64,000 nucleotides of DNA, from IMG/VR virus record IMGVR_UViG_3300025141_000063, positions 8,144 through 72,143 of that record. One strand, given 5' to 3'. The stretch comes from a virus. The translations under genes were made by a program, and so were the position numbers. The notes beneath the pieces were generated by a model. It worked only from the letters and a program-made list of their open reading frames with translations, made no database searches and was not told the origin of the DNA. Positions 8,078 to 17,407 of the stretch are shown here, in pieces (position 1 is the first letter of the stretch; every line of letters starts with the position of its first letter).

Positions 8078-11000
8078 AGGGCTTCTTCTTCGTGCCCTTG
8101 CCGAACTCCGTGCCCCTGACAAGGCCGGGGATGGGACTGGTCCCGTGCAGGTCAGACTTCCAGCCCTGCGCGCCGCCTTCCATGAAGGTCTTCTTCAGCT
8201 CGCGGTAGTTGAGGCGGGACATCCAGTCCTCGGAGCCCGCCATGGACACCTCCTGGACACCCTTGAGGATCGGGGTGATCTCTGCCTTCTGCCCCCCGCC
8301 CTTGCCGATGTCCCTGTTCGCCCGCTGCAGCTTCGTGGTCGACACGACGTCGCCCCGAAGGAAGCCGGAGTCGCCGGGCTGCCGGACCGAGGAGAGGTTG
8401 GTGAGGGTGCGGACCACGGTCTCCATGTTCCTCTTCTTCACCCTGCCACCGTAGGCGCCGTGCATCTCGTCGGTGAGGTAGCCCTTGACGCTCTCGATGC
8501 CTGCCACTTCGAGCAGGTGGTGCGGGTTGACGGGCCCGGAGGATAGCGCCTCGCCCAGGCCGACGGGGATCATCATCTTCCCGCGCAGCCCCTCCATCAC
8601 CTTGGCGGTGGGCTTGTTGCGGGCGGGGATGTAGTGGTCCTTCGGCTCCGGGTGGTACTTGCCGAACCGGTCCTTACCCCTGATGTAGACACGCCAGCCG
8701 CCGGCAGGGTCTGCGGATGTCCGCATGATCTCCCCCTTGTACGAGGAGATGGTGGCCTGGCCAGGTACCTTCTTTGTCAGGTGCAGCAGCTGCCCCAGCC
8801 GGGTGAAGGAGTCCGTGCGGTTCGTCTCGCCCTTGCTCACGACGCCGCCGGTGTGGAAGGCGTTCATCGAGAGCTGGGTCGCGGGCTCCCCGATGGCCTG
8901 GGATGCCCAGATGCCGACGTTCGACCCCATGGAGGGCTTCTTCCCGGCCTCGGTCACGCCGTAGCACATGGCGCAGATGCCCTCGGACTGCTCGCACTTC
9001 AACGGGGAGCGCACCAGGACCATCTCGACGCCGGAGTTCTTGATGCGCGTCAGCACCTCGGCGGTCAGCAGGGTCTTCGAGGGGACGTCCCCTCGCTTCA
9101 GCTTCACGGGGGCGGCGGCATACCTGTCGTGGATCTCCGGGTCACCAGTGGACATCAGCACGCCCTGCGTCGTCCCGCAGTCCTGTGACGTGATGATCTG
9201 GTTCATGGTGGCGCTGACCAGGTCCTTGGTCAGCTCGCCCGGTGCCTGGGTGCCCTTGACCTTGCCGAGGGTGCCCATGCGAGCGCCTGACAGGGACGCC
9301 CAGTACTCCGCCGCGCTGAGCCCCTCGGAGTAGCTCTTCTTGATGGGGATGGGGACCGCAGACCCGTTGGGGTCTGTGACGAGCACGGGGGCCAGGGTGA
9401 GCTGCTTGAACTGGTCCCAGTTGCCACGAGCTCCCGACTCCACCATCTCGTACATGCGGTTGCCGGAGCCCTTCATCTTCGCCTGACCCTCGACGTTGAT
9501 GTCCTCGAGGGCAGTCATGTACGCCTCGACCACCGACTCGTCGCGGCTCTTCCCGCCCTTCTGCAGCGCCAGCGCCTTCTTGTCCGCCTTGGCGAAGTGC
9601 TTGTCGCGTATCTCGGGGCGGGACAGGACGTCCTGCAGACTGAAGGAGAAGCCGGTGTCGTAGGTGTACTTGTTGCCGAGCTGGTTCAGCTTGTTGACCG
9701 TGACCGAGAAGCCCTTCGGGTCTCGCTTCGCCATCTTGGTGAGCAGCTTCTCCACCTCCCGGCTCTTCAGCACCAGCGTCTTGTCCGTGAGGACCTTCTG
9801 CCGCTCCAAGGAACTCGAGGGGAAGCAGTTGGAGAGCATCAGCCGGCCCACCGTGGTCTGAACCATCCCGGCCTGCTTGACCAGTGAGGGCTCGGGCAGG
9901 TAGCTCGCCACGCCCTTGGGCAGCCGCCAGGAGCTGGCAGTCTTGGTGATCTGCGAAGAGCCGACGGTGATCACGTCCGAGATGCCCAGCTTGCCCTTCT
10001 TGTACGCCTTCATCGCCTCGTCGGCGGTGCCGAAGGAGCGCTTGCTGTCCTTGCCCCACTTGCTCAGTTGGTACAGCCCGAGCTGTGCCTCCTGCCCGGG
10101 CAGGTTCATCAGGCCACCGGACGACGCGCTGAACAGGTTGTTCGAGGGCACCATCCCTCGCGCTTCCTCGATGGCTTCCTCTGTCAGGGGGACGTAGACC
10201 GAGGTGGTGTCGCCGTCGAAGTCTGCGTTGAACCCGGAGACCACGAGCGGATGGATCTGGATCGCTTTGCCCTTCACCAGCTTCGGGTTGAACGCCATGA
10301 TGCTGTGCTTGTGCAGGACGGGGTCGCGCTTCATCATCACCGGCCGCTTCTTGACGACCTCCTCCAGCGCACGGACTGCGACCGGGTCGTTCTTCTTCAC
10401 CGCCAGCTGCGCCTGCAGAGGGGAGTAGCCGAAGACCTGCACCAGCTCTCGCACGATGAAGGGCTTGTACATCTGCATCGCGGCCTTGCTGGGCAGCCCC
10501 ACCTCGTCCAGGTCCATCGACTGCTCGGGGATGATCGTGGACCGCATGGACAGGTCCATCTTGCGGCCGATCATCTTGCTCTGGAAGTAGCCGGACTTGG
10601 GCTGGGATCCCTTGACCGTCTCGAGCACACCGCGGTAGTGCCTGCCCTGGTACTTCTGCCCGTCCATGGTCAGCGCCTTGAGCCCGTCGTAGAGCTCCTT
10701 GTAGAGCGGCACCTTCTGGCTGGGCGGCAGACCTGTGTCGAAGTCCTTGAGCTTCTGGTTGGTGAGGGAGAGGCCGCGGTAGAGCTGGTTCACATCCGCC
10801 GACGTCGTGGCTCCGCTGTCCAGCACGGAGACCGGCCGGAACTTCGGAGGCATGATCGGAATGTGCTTCCGCATGTAGGCCTCGTCCGGAGACATCCCCG
10901 TCTCCTTGAGGGCCTGGAGGTAGCGGACGCGCCGGCGCAGCTTGCTGAGCTTGTACTTCCGGGCTCCCTTCAACTCCTGCAGCGTCTTCGTCAGCTCCTT

Positions 11001-14000
11001 GTCGATGTCGATCTTCTTCAGGGCGTCCTGGATCGCCTCGGTGCCTGTGCCTGTGCCGATTGTCTTCTCGTGCCCGATGACCTGCTCCATCTCGCCCCGC
11101 TTGAGGTCGAGCAGGGAGGAGATGGCGGTCTCGAACATCGGGTTGGGCAGGGCGACGTCCAGGGTCATGTGTCCCCAGGACTGCTGCGCTGCGTGCTCGG
11201 GGTGGAGCGAGCCGAAGATCTTCTCGTCGAAGATGCCGCCCTTCTCCGCCTTCATGTCCTTGCCTCGGAACATGCGGCCGGGGTCGGTGACGCCCCCGTT
11301 GCTCAGCTTCAACACGTCCTTGTCCACGAGGGGCTTGAGGTGGAGCTGGTTGCCCCGCTTCTCCGTGTCGAGGCCCATCGTCTTCAGGTAGCCCTCGAAC
11401 TTCTCGTAGGTGAACGGGATCTTGGGAGGGGGCAGCGCCTGTCCGGAGTGGAGGGCGTTCCACATGTCGGGGTTGTAGTCCGACTTGAGGGTGAACATCT
11501 CCCGCAGGTTGTGGCGGGCTCCGTGAGCCAGCATGGCGTACACACCCAGGCCGCCCAGGGCCTGTGCGCTGGAGCCGCCGCCGCCCTTGGGGGACATGTC
11601 CAGGCTGTAGGGAGACCCGGTGCCACCGGCGCGGGCGGTCATCTTCTTGGCGACCTTGTGCTTGAGCTTGAGGATGTACTGGTTCCCCACCAGCACCTCG
11701 CCCATCGCCTTGCCCGTGGTCGGGTCGAAGAGGGTCTCGTTGTCGGACAGGCCGTGCTCCTTCAGCTCTCGCTGAATCTCCCGGCCGTAGTCCGCCTTCC
11801 CCTCCTGGGGGAAGTTGTCCACGAGGTAGGGCTTGCCCGTCTTCTCTGAGATCTTCCCGGCCAAGGTCTCCAGCACCTGGCCGACGTTGATGCGGGAGGG
11901 GACGCCGTGGGGGTTCAGGGCGACATGGATCTGCCGACCGTCCTTGGTGGCGGGCATCTCCTTATCCTGCATGACGCGGGAGATGATTCCCTTGTTGCCG
12001 TGCCGGCCGACCAACTTGTCGCCGACCTGCGCCGGCTCCTCCGTCTTGATGTGGACCTCGATCTTCTTCTGGGTCTTGATCACCCGGACGACCCTGCCCT
12101 TGTAGCCCTTGTCCCAGAGCACCGCGCGGTTGGCGTAGTCCTGCACCTTCGAGCGCTTCAGCGCCTGGTAGGCCGCGGCCTCCGACCCGATCTCTCGGAG
12201 CTGCAGCTTGGCGATGAGCAGGTCGCCCTCCTCCACCAGCTCGCCGTCCTTGATGACCCCAGAGGGGTCCAGCTTCGCGGTCTGTGCCGTGGTCACTGTC
12301 CCGGGGGAGACATGCGCCAAGTACTTGTCGCGGCTCATCACCGAGTTGCGGTCGAGCGACGCGTCCACCCGGTACATGTGGAGGCTGGTCAGCATCGTGG
12401 AGGCGGTCTGGGAGATGACCACCCCGTCCTCGTAGTTGTAGCCCTTGAAGGGGACGTAGCCGACCCGAAGGTTCTTGCCGATGGCGAAGGTGCCCTTGTC
12501 GGTGAAGTTGGTGTCCGCCAGGAGCTGTCCCCGCTTCACCCTGTCGCCCACCTTCACGCGCATGTGCGCCTCGATGTAGGCCTCGTCCTGGTTGAGGGGG
12601 AAGTCCTTGTAGACCTGGACCGTGTGGTTGTCCCCGTCGGGATCCTGGATGGTCACAGCGTCCTTCACGATCTGCACCACCTTCCCGTCGACCGGGGCCT
12701 GGTGGGAGTTGAAGGACCCCATGATGTTCTCGAAGGTAGTCCCCGACTCCGTCGCTGTCTGGACCATCGGGGCTTCCCGATGCTTCAGGGAGACCGCCTG
12801 TTCCTGCTGCCGGGAGGCAGTCATGGTCCGGTTGCCCTGGTTGTTGTGCAGGAAGGGGATCAGGTTCGTGGGCAGGGAGTACATCGCCTTGGACGAGAGC
12901 ATCACGTGCGTGACCTCGTTCCACGGGCGCATCATCACCTCGTTGCCCGTGCCGGCGACCGCCACGTTCTTCGGGTCCTTCGGCAGCGGCATCTCCCCGG
13001 ACCACTTCACCTGGTCAGCGAAAGCGATGATGTAGTTCTGGAAGTCCTGCGGCTTGACCTTCTCAATCGACTTGGTCTTCTTGTTGTACAGCTGCACCAG
13101 CAGCCCCAGCCCCTTCTTCTCCACGCCGATGGGGAGCTGCAGGGTGATGCCTGTCTTCGCTCCTTCAGGGGTGGTGATGGGGTCCAGGTAGGTGAGGTGG
13201 CTGTCGTTGATCCGCAGGGCTTCCTTCGGCACCTTCTGCGGGTCGGAGATGGCGCCGGGCCCCATGATCGTGGTTCGCATCTGCCCGGACACGAACTCCA
13301 GGGGGTTCGTCTGGTTGGGGAGCTGCGCCAGCGACGTGGAGAAGAAGGAGTTCAGGGGCTTGCCGAAGACCGCGGGGTTCACGATCTCTCGGACCTTCAT
13401 CTTCTGTCCGTCGAGCCCCTGCCTCAGGCGGCGCCCGATCTCCCCGCGGGAACGGTGCAGCCGGTCAGCGAGGTGGTCCTCGGTGGACAGGATGTCCTTG
13501 AAGGCCAGAGACTCTCGGTCGTCCGGCTTGATGTCCCCTCGTGCCAGGCCGAGCAGCTTCTTCGAGGAGGTCAGCATCGCCTCCCCGTTGACCACGTTGA
13601 AGGACTTGCCCAGCGTGAGCTTGGTGCTGTCCTCCCGGAGCTCCGCGGCAGCCATGGTCTCCCGGACCGCGGTGCGCGCCTCGTCGAGGTCCTTGGCCAC
13701 GTGGCCCGTCGTCCTCTTCAGCACCTTGTTCAGGGACTGGAGCTGCTTCTTGTCGTCCCCGAACTTGCTCACCGAGGCGTCGTAGATGTCCTTGCCCCAC
13801 GCCTTCTTGATCTTGTCGTCGGACTCCCCCATCGCACGGAGCACGGGGTACAGGCCGATGTTCTCCATCGTCCCGAACTTCAGGGTGAAGACCCGCTCCT
13901 TGGGGTTGAAGAAGGACCAGAAGCGGTCGGCCTTGGCGCCGTCCCACTTGTTGATGTTCCACTGGGTGACCAGGCGTCCGGCCTCGTCCTCCCGGTGGTA

Positions 14001-14360
14001 GACGCCCGACTTCAGGCGGAACTGGTTGTCGACCTGCCGCTCCTTGCCGTCGACGATGTACGAGTAGCGGCGGGTGATCTTGGGGACGCGGGCGACGGTG
14101 ATCGTCGAGCGGTCCAGGACATCGCCAGTGGCCTTGTCGATCAGGGAGACTCTGGCCTTGACGGGGACTGCCCAGGTCCCGCCCTGCAGCTTCGCGTGCT
14201 GTTGGGATCTGATGTCGTCGAGCTCTAGGTTGTCGTCGACCCAGACCTTGTCCATCTCGAGCCGTCGGTTCTGCCCCTCGAATGGGAAGTGGTCCCCCAC
14301 GGCTTTCGCCACGCGGGTCTTCATGATCTCGAAGGCACCTTCTGGGTCAAGCTGGGCCAT
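8067..14360 (-). CDS. rpoBC: Phage single-chain DNA-directed RNA polymerase, fused beta and beta' subunits
   Basis: Beta motifs TPEG, GDKLVGRHGNKG, LNPHGVPSRINVGQ, YILKLKH...KMTAR. Beta' motifs GGIFDEKIFG, PPKFRP, RDPVLH, NADFDGD (10209-10229), RSPLKC...GICAMCYG, QAIGEPATQLSMNAFHTGG. Confidence 0.97.
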   Translation of the reverse strand: MAQLDPEGAFEIMKTRVAKAVGDHFPFEGQNRRLEMDKVWVDDNLELDDIRSQQHAKLQGGTWAVPVKARVSLIDKATGDVLDRSTITVARVPKITRRYSYIVDGKERQVDNQFRLKSGVYHREDEAGRLVTQWNINKWDGAKADRFWSFFNPKERVFTLKFGTMENIGLYPVLRAMGESDDKIKKAWGKDIYDASVSKFGDDKKQLQSLNKVLKRTTGHVAKDLDEARTAVRETMAAAELREDSTKLTLGKSFNVVNGEAMLTSSKKLLGLARGDIKPDDRESLAFKDILSTEDHLADRLHRSRGEIGRRLRQGLDGQKMKVREIVNPAVFGKPLNSFFSTSLAQLPNQTNPLEFVSGQMRTTIMGPGAISDPQKVPKEALRINDSHLTYLDPITTPEGAKTGITLQLPIGVEKKGLGLLVQLYNKKTKSIEKVKPQDFQNYIIAFADQVKWSGEMPLPKDPKNVAVAGTGNEVMMRPWNEVTHVMLSSKAMYSLPTNLIPFLHNNQGNRTMTASRQQEQAVSLKHREAPMVQTATESGTTFENIMGSFNSHQAPVDGKVVQIVKDAVTIQDPDGDNHTVQVYKDFPLNQDEAYIEAHMRVKVGDRVKRGQLLADTNFTDKGTFAIGKNLRVGYVPFKGYNYEDGVVISQTASTMLTSLHMYRVDASLDRNSVMSRDKYLAHVSPGTVTTAQTAKLDPSGVIKDGELVEEGDLLIAKLQLREIGSEAAAYQALKRSKVQDYANRAVLWDKGYKGRVVRVIKTQKKIEVHIKTEEPAQVGDKLVGRHGNKGIISRVMQDKEMPATKDGRQIHVALNPHGVPSRINVGQVLETLAGKISEKTGKPYLVDNFPQEGKADYGREIQRELKEHGLSDNETLFDPTTGKAMGEVLVGNQYILKLKHKVAKKMTARAGGTGSPYSLDMSPKGGGGSSAQALGGLGVYAMLAHGARHNLREMFTLKSDYNPDMWNALHSGQALPPPKIPFTYEKFEGYLKTMGLDTEKRGNQLHLKPLVDKDVLKLSNGGVTDPGRMFRGKDMKAEKGGIFDEKIFGSLHPEHAAQQSWGHMTLDVALPNPMFETAISSLLDLKRGEMEQVIGHEKTIGTGTGTEAIQDALKKIDIDKELTKTLQELKGARKYKLSKLRRRVRYLQALKETGMSPDEAYMRKHIPIMPPKFRPVSVLDSGATTSADVNQLYRGLSLTNQKLKDFDTGLPPSQKVPLYKELYDGLKALTMDGQKYQGRHYRGVLETVKGSQPKSGYFQSKMIGRKMDLSMRSTIIPEQSMDLDEVGLPSKAAMQMYKPFIVRELVQVFGYSPLQAQLAVKKNDPVAVRALEEVVKKRPVMMKRDPVLHKHSIMAFNPKLVKGKAIQIHPLVVSGFNADFDGDTTSVYVPLTEEAIEEARGMVPSNNLFSASSGGLMNLPGQEAQLGLYQLSKWGKDSKRSFGTADEAMKAYKKGKLGISDVITVGSSQITKTASSWRLPKGVASYLPEPSLVKQAGMVQTTVGRLMLSNCFPSSSLERQKVLTDKTLVLKSREVEKLLTKMAKRDPKGFSVTVNKLNQLGNKYTYDTGFSFSLQDVLSRPEIRDKHFAKADKKALALQKGGKSRDESVVEAYMTALEDINVEGQAKMKGSGNRMYEMVESGARGNWDQFKQLTLAPVLVTDPNGSAVPIPIKKSYSEGLSAAEYWASLSGARMGTLGKVKGTQAPGELTKDLVSATMNQIITSQDCGTTQGVLMSTGDPEIHDRYAAAPVKLKRGDVPSKTLLTAEVLTRIKNSGVEMVLVRSPLKCEQSEGICAMCYGVTEAGKKPSMGSNVGIWASQAIGEPATQLSMNAFHTGGVVSKGETNRTDSFTRLGQLLHLTKKVPGQATISSYKGEIMRTSADPAGGWRVYIRGKDRFGKYHPEPKDHYIPARNKPTAKVMEGLRGKMMIPVGLGEALSSGPVNPHHLLEVAGIESVKGYLTDEMHGAYGGRVKKRNMETVVRTLTNLSSVRQPGDSGFLRGDVVSTTKLQRANRDIGKGGGQKAEITPILKGVQEVSMAGSEDWMSRLNYRELKKTFMEGGAQGWKSDLHGTSPIPGLVRGTEFGKGTKKKPYAY

Positions 14361-14385
14361 AGATCCTCAGTTGCAGCGGCGGCTC

Positions 14386-14415
14386 ATGATACGGGACCAT
14401 CGCAGTACAGCACAA
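14386..14415 (-). promoter_or_regulatory. Sigma70-like promoter upstream of the RNAP operon
   Basis: TTGTGC (14410-14415), 18-nt spacer, TATCAT (14386-14391) on the minus strand. Confidence 0.5.
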
Positions 14416-14430
14416 TCGCGGAGGATGCCA

Positions 14431-14439
14431 CGGCATAAG
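14431..14439 (+). promoter_or_regulatory. CGGCATAAG motif, candidate phage-specific promoter
   Basis: An identical 9-mer occurs at 19926-19934 in the other divergent intergenic region; both precede plus-strand units. Confidence 0.5.
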
Positions 14440-14481
14440 CAGAGTGTAAGGAACCGCTAATCACCTCTGCAGGAGATCTGA

Positions 14482-14619
14482 ATGTCCGAAAAGGCCCCCC
14501 CGAAGAAGAAGACCGTCAAGGTGGAGAAGCGCGCGTCCACCCGCCGCTTCTCGAACAACATGAAGAAGGCAGTGGGCGGGAAGGGCCCCAAGCCCAAGCC
14601 CTCCTCGGCGAAGAAGTAG
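14482..14619 (+). CDS. Small very basic protein (45 aa)
   Basis: AGGAG RBS at 14471; MSEKAPPKKKTVKVEKRASTRRFSNNMKKAVGGKGPKPKPSSAKK; too short for the ORF track. Confidence 0.7.
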   Translation: MSEKAPPKKKTVKVEKRASTRRFSNNMKKAVGGKGPKPKPSSAKK

Positions 14620-14623
14620 CGAG

Positions 14624-14743
14624 ATGAAGTGGCTGCTGATGGCAGGGCTCTTCTACGGATTCCTCCTCGGCCTCCACGATTTCATCCTGATCGAGAAGAT
14701 CAGAGTGATCCGTGCGATGGAGAAAGAGAAGGACGCGGAGTGA
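14624..14743 (+). CDS. Small membrane protein (39 aa)
   Basis: MKWLLMAGLFYGFLLGLHDFILIEKIRVIRAMEKEKDAE; starts 4 nt after the previous stop and has a GTGA overlap with the next gene. Confidence 0.55.
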   Translation: MKWLLMAGLFYGFLLGLHDFILIEKIRVIRAMEKEKDAE

Positions 14744-15045
14744 GCTACTGCCCCCTACTACCGGGGGTGTGCCGGAACGCAGTCGACTGTGGAGGGTGCA
14801 GCACGTTTGGCGACGTGCTGCACCCCTACGCAGACTCGCTGTTCTGGGTGTGCCCCCTCTGCCTTACCCCAAAGAGAACGCCCAGCAGCTACACCCTGCT
14901 GGGTCACTACCAGGAGATCGACTGCGACCTCTGCGAGAAGGTCTCGTCCCTGTGCCAGGCGGCGCTGCCGGAGGACGTGATGCTGCGAACCGACTGGAAG
15001 GATCTGTGCCAGCAGATCCGGGAGGACTACGATGGCGATGGATGA
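14740..15045 (+). CDS. Cys-rich zinc-finger protein
   Basis: GTG start overlapping the upstream TGA; CGGC, CPLC, CDLC motifs. Confidence 0.65.
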   Translation: MSYCPLLPGVCRNAVDCGGCSTFGDVLHPYADSLFWVCPLCLTPKRTPSSYTLLGHYQEIDCDLCEKVSSLCQAALPEDVMLRTDWKDLCQQIREDYDGDG

Positions 15046-15397
15046 CACCTGCGCGTTCTGCCAAGGGCAGTTCGACTTGAAGGAAACGGATCTCCTCGAA
15101 GTCAGTCACGGGATGTGCGACCTAACAGGGGACGGAGAGATTGAGTTCATCCCCGACAACATCCCCGAGTACATCCACCTCACCTGTGCCTTGCGGTACT
15201 TCAACTCTCAGGAGGAAGACGCCGTCCGGGAGGTGATCCGAGAGGAGATGTTCATGGACGGCATGGCCGAGATCAACAACTACCTGGGGGGCATGGAGAA
15301 GATGGCCCAGCGAGCGGAAGAAGCGGAGGTGTACGAGCCTCCCGCTCCTGCCCCCCGGCCTACTCGTACTCGGGGCGGGAGGTGGCGGGGCCGATGA
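15032..15397 (+). CDS. Hypothetical protein with a CxxC/HxxC zinc site
   Basis: CAFC...HLTC; acidic; overlaps the upstream stop. Confidence 0.65.
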   Translation: MAMDDTCAFCQGQFDLKETDLLEVSHGMCDLTGDGEIEFIPDNIPEYIHLTCALRYFNSQEEDAVREVIREEMFMDGMAEINNYLGGMEKMAQRAEEAEVYEPPAPAPRPTRTRGGRWRGR

Positions 15398-17407
15398 TCA
15401 GACGATGGCCCGTCCGGGGTCTCGTCGCGGCGGCTTCTTCGAGGGGAGCGGGGACTGCTGGGCATCCAGCGGGTCCCGCGTCTCCTTGGTGCCCTGCATG
15501 ATCTGCAACACTAAGGAGTAGAAGTGCGGTTGCGTCGCCTTCATCTTCTGCATCGTGGCGTAGGCGTCCGGGGGCTTGGTCTTGAGCTGCTTCCGCAGCT
15601 CATTGGCCACCCTCTTCGCCACGTAGTGCACGTCCATCCCTGTCTCGGGGTGCGCCGTCAGCTGCGACGACGCGTCCCCAGGGATGCCGGTCGTCGGAGA
15701 GGAGTTCCCGTTCTCAGGGTAGAGCTTGGCTCCCGCCGGCCCCTCGACCGCGCCGCCTCCACCTTCCCCGCCTCCGGGCGACGGGAGTTGGGGCTGGTTC
15801 GGTTGCGGGCCGGGGGCGCCGCCCACCATGTCCGCTTGGGAGGCCTGCATGTACAGCTGCATGACCTGCTGCGCCTCACCTTGGCCCACAGCAGCCGCCA
15901 CCTGCGCCCTGCGCTGGTTCTCAGACTGCGCCCTGGCCTCAGAGCCAAGGAGGATACGCTCGTGCTCGTAGTCCTCGTTGAGTTCGCGCAGGAAGGTGTG
16001 GTCGGAGACCTTGCCTGCCTGGTTGGCCTGGAAGTAGATCATCGTGCGCTGCAGGTCGTCCGCCATCTTGAAGCGACGGAACTTCTTGGTGACCTTCGGC
16101 CAGCCCAGCCACGCACCAATGGAGTCGAACACCCAGTCCGTGAGGCCCTGGATGTCGGCGCGGTAGTTGATGAACTCGTTCTCCAGGTTCCGCATGGAGA
16201 CCTGGGTGCCGGAGTAGCCGAGGCCGCCGAAGATGAACTCCTGCGGCACGTGCATACCCGCGACGATGTGCTCGGCCCAGACGCGGTGCTCCTGGTGGAG
16301 AATCATCGCTCGGCCCTGGCCGCCCACGACCTGGTGGCCCACGGGGAGGGGGAGGATCGGGATGTAGTTCGGGTCTCGCCTCCAGCGCTCGATCTCCTCC
16401 TCCATCTGCCCCTTCCACCCCGCCAGCGGCACCGTGGTGTACGGATCGCTGGTGCCGGAGCCGGGCTGGGGGAAGAGCATGCGGAGCGGGACGATGTGCT
16501 CGCGGGCGATGGCCTCCTGCCCCTTCTTGAGGATCTGCAGGTAGTAGGAGTCCTTGAGCACCGGCAGGATGCGGGACAGGCCCCAGCCCTTGTCGTTGCC
16601 GTTGCCCGAGATGGAGGGCCGCCGCATGTGGAAGAGCTGCCCCGGCGCGAAGCGGAGGCCCATCTTCTTCTGGGCCGCCTCGACGAAGACGTTCGGGACG
16701 TCCTCCTGGATGTGGTTCCTACCGATCACCAGTTGGCTCCGCGTGCGCGGGCTCATCTGGTAGTAGTAGCGGCAGGAGCCCGTCTCCTCGTTCACGTCGA
16801 TGGAGATGCGCTCGGGGTCCCAACGGACCAGCCCCAGCTTGTAGGGGCTCCTCTGCCACACGTCGATCGGCTTGGCGTTGCCGATGCGTCGGCAGCTCGG
16901 GCAGGTGAGCCGGTACTTGAGCTCGCGCCACTTGTAGTGGGGCCTCAACTTCTTCGCCGGCTTCATCACCTTGCAGTGGTTGCACTGCAGGAACTTCACG
17001 AAGGGGTAGTTGATCGAGGTGAAGCTGTTGCCGTAACATTGATAGTCTAGGCCCGTCTCCACCTGGAAGCTGCGGAACTTCAGGACCTGGTCCTTCAGGT
17101 ACTTGTACTTGCCTGCCACCGCGGCGTGTGGGCTCTCGAACACGAGGTCCGTGATCGGGTACGACGCCATCTTGTAGACGACGGCGTTCACCAGCGGGTT
17201 GGTGAAGAAGTAGTACCGGCACCAGCGGAAGAGCTTCTTCTGCGAGGAGGGCAGGTAGGTGTGGGCGCCATCGAAGAAGGGGCTCGGGTAGGGAACGCCC
17301 GCTCGACCCGACGCACCGAAGAACCCGCTGCGCAGGTTTGCGAAGCCGCTTCCTCCGGTGGACGTCAGCCCGTACTGGGGCAGCCCAAAGTCGAAACCCT
17401 CAGCCAT
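15398..17407 (-). CDS. Phage portal protein with zinc-ribbon insert
   Basis: RYYFFTNPLVNAVVYKM, FHMRRP...GWGLSRILP, GMHVPQEFIFG pattern resembles portals; CNHC/CPSC insert; Gly/Pro/Gln-rich tail. Confidence 0.75.
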   Translation of the reverse strand: MAEGFDFGLPQYGLTSTGGSGFANLRSGFFGASGRAGVPYPSPFFDGAHTYLPSSQKKLFRWCRYYFFTNPLVNAVVYKMASYPITDLVFESPHAAVAGKYKYLKDQVLKFRSFQVETGLDYQCYGNSFTSINYPFVKFLQCNHCKVMKPAKKLRPHYKWRELKYRLTCPSCRRIGNAKPIDVWQRSPYKLGLVRWDPERISIDVNEETGSCRYYYQMSPRTRSQLVIGRNHIQEDVPNVFVEAAQKKMGLRFAPGQLFHMRRPSISGNGNDKGWGLSRILPVLKDSYYLQILKKGQEAIAREHIVPLRMLFPQPGSGTSDPYTTVPLAGWKGQMEEEIERWRRDPNYIPILPLPVGHQVVGGQGRAMILHQEHRVWAEHIVAGMHVPQEFIFGGLGYSGTQVSMRNLENEFINYRADIQGLTDWVFDSIGAWLGWPKVTKKFRRFKMADDLQRTMIYFQANQAGKVSDHTFLRELNEDYEHERILLGSEARAQSENQRRAQVAAAVGQGEAQQVMQLYMQASQADMVGGAPGPQPNQPQLPSPGGGEGGGGAVEGPAGAKLYPENGNSSPTTGIPGDASSQLTAHPETGMDVHYVAKRVANELRKQLKTKPPDAYATMQKMKATQPHFYSLVLQIMQGTKETRDPLDAQQSPLPSKKPPRRDPGRAIV

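Noticed and set aside
9870-9944. Possible intein in RNAP
   Set aside because: Far too short and lacks the C/S...HN splice residues.
10068-14228. Long plus-strand ORFs (10068..11849, 11907..14228) and alternate-frame minus ORFs
   Set aside because: Shadows of the RNAP gene.
8067-14360. Host rpoB-rpoC locus or chimeric contig
   Set aside because: No ribosomal protein neighbours, strongly diverged motifs, coupled to phage genes, same codon style as the flanks.
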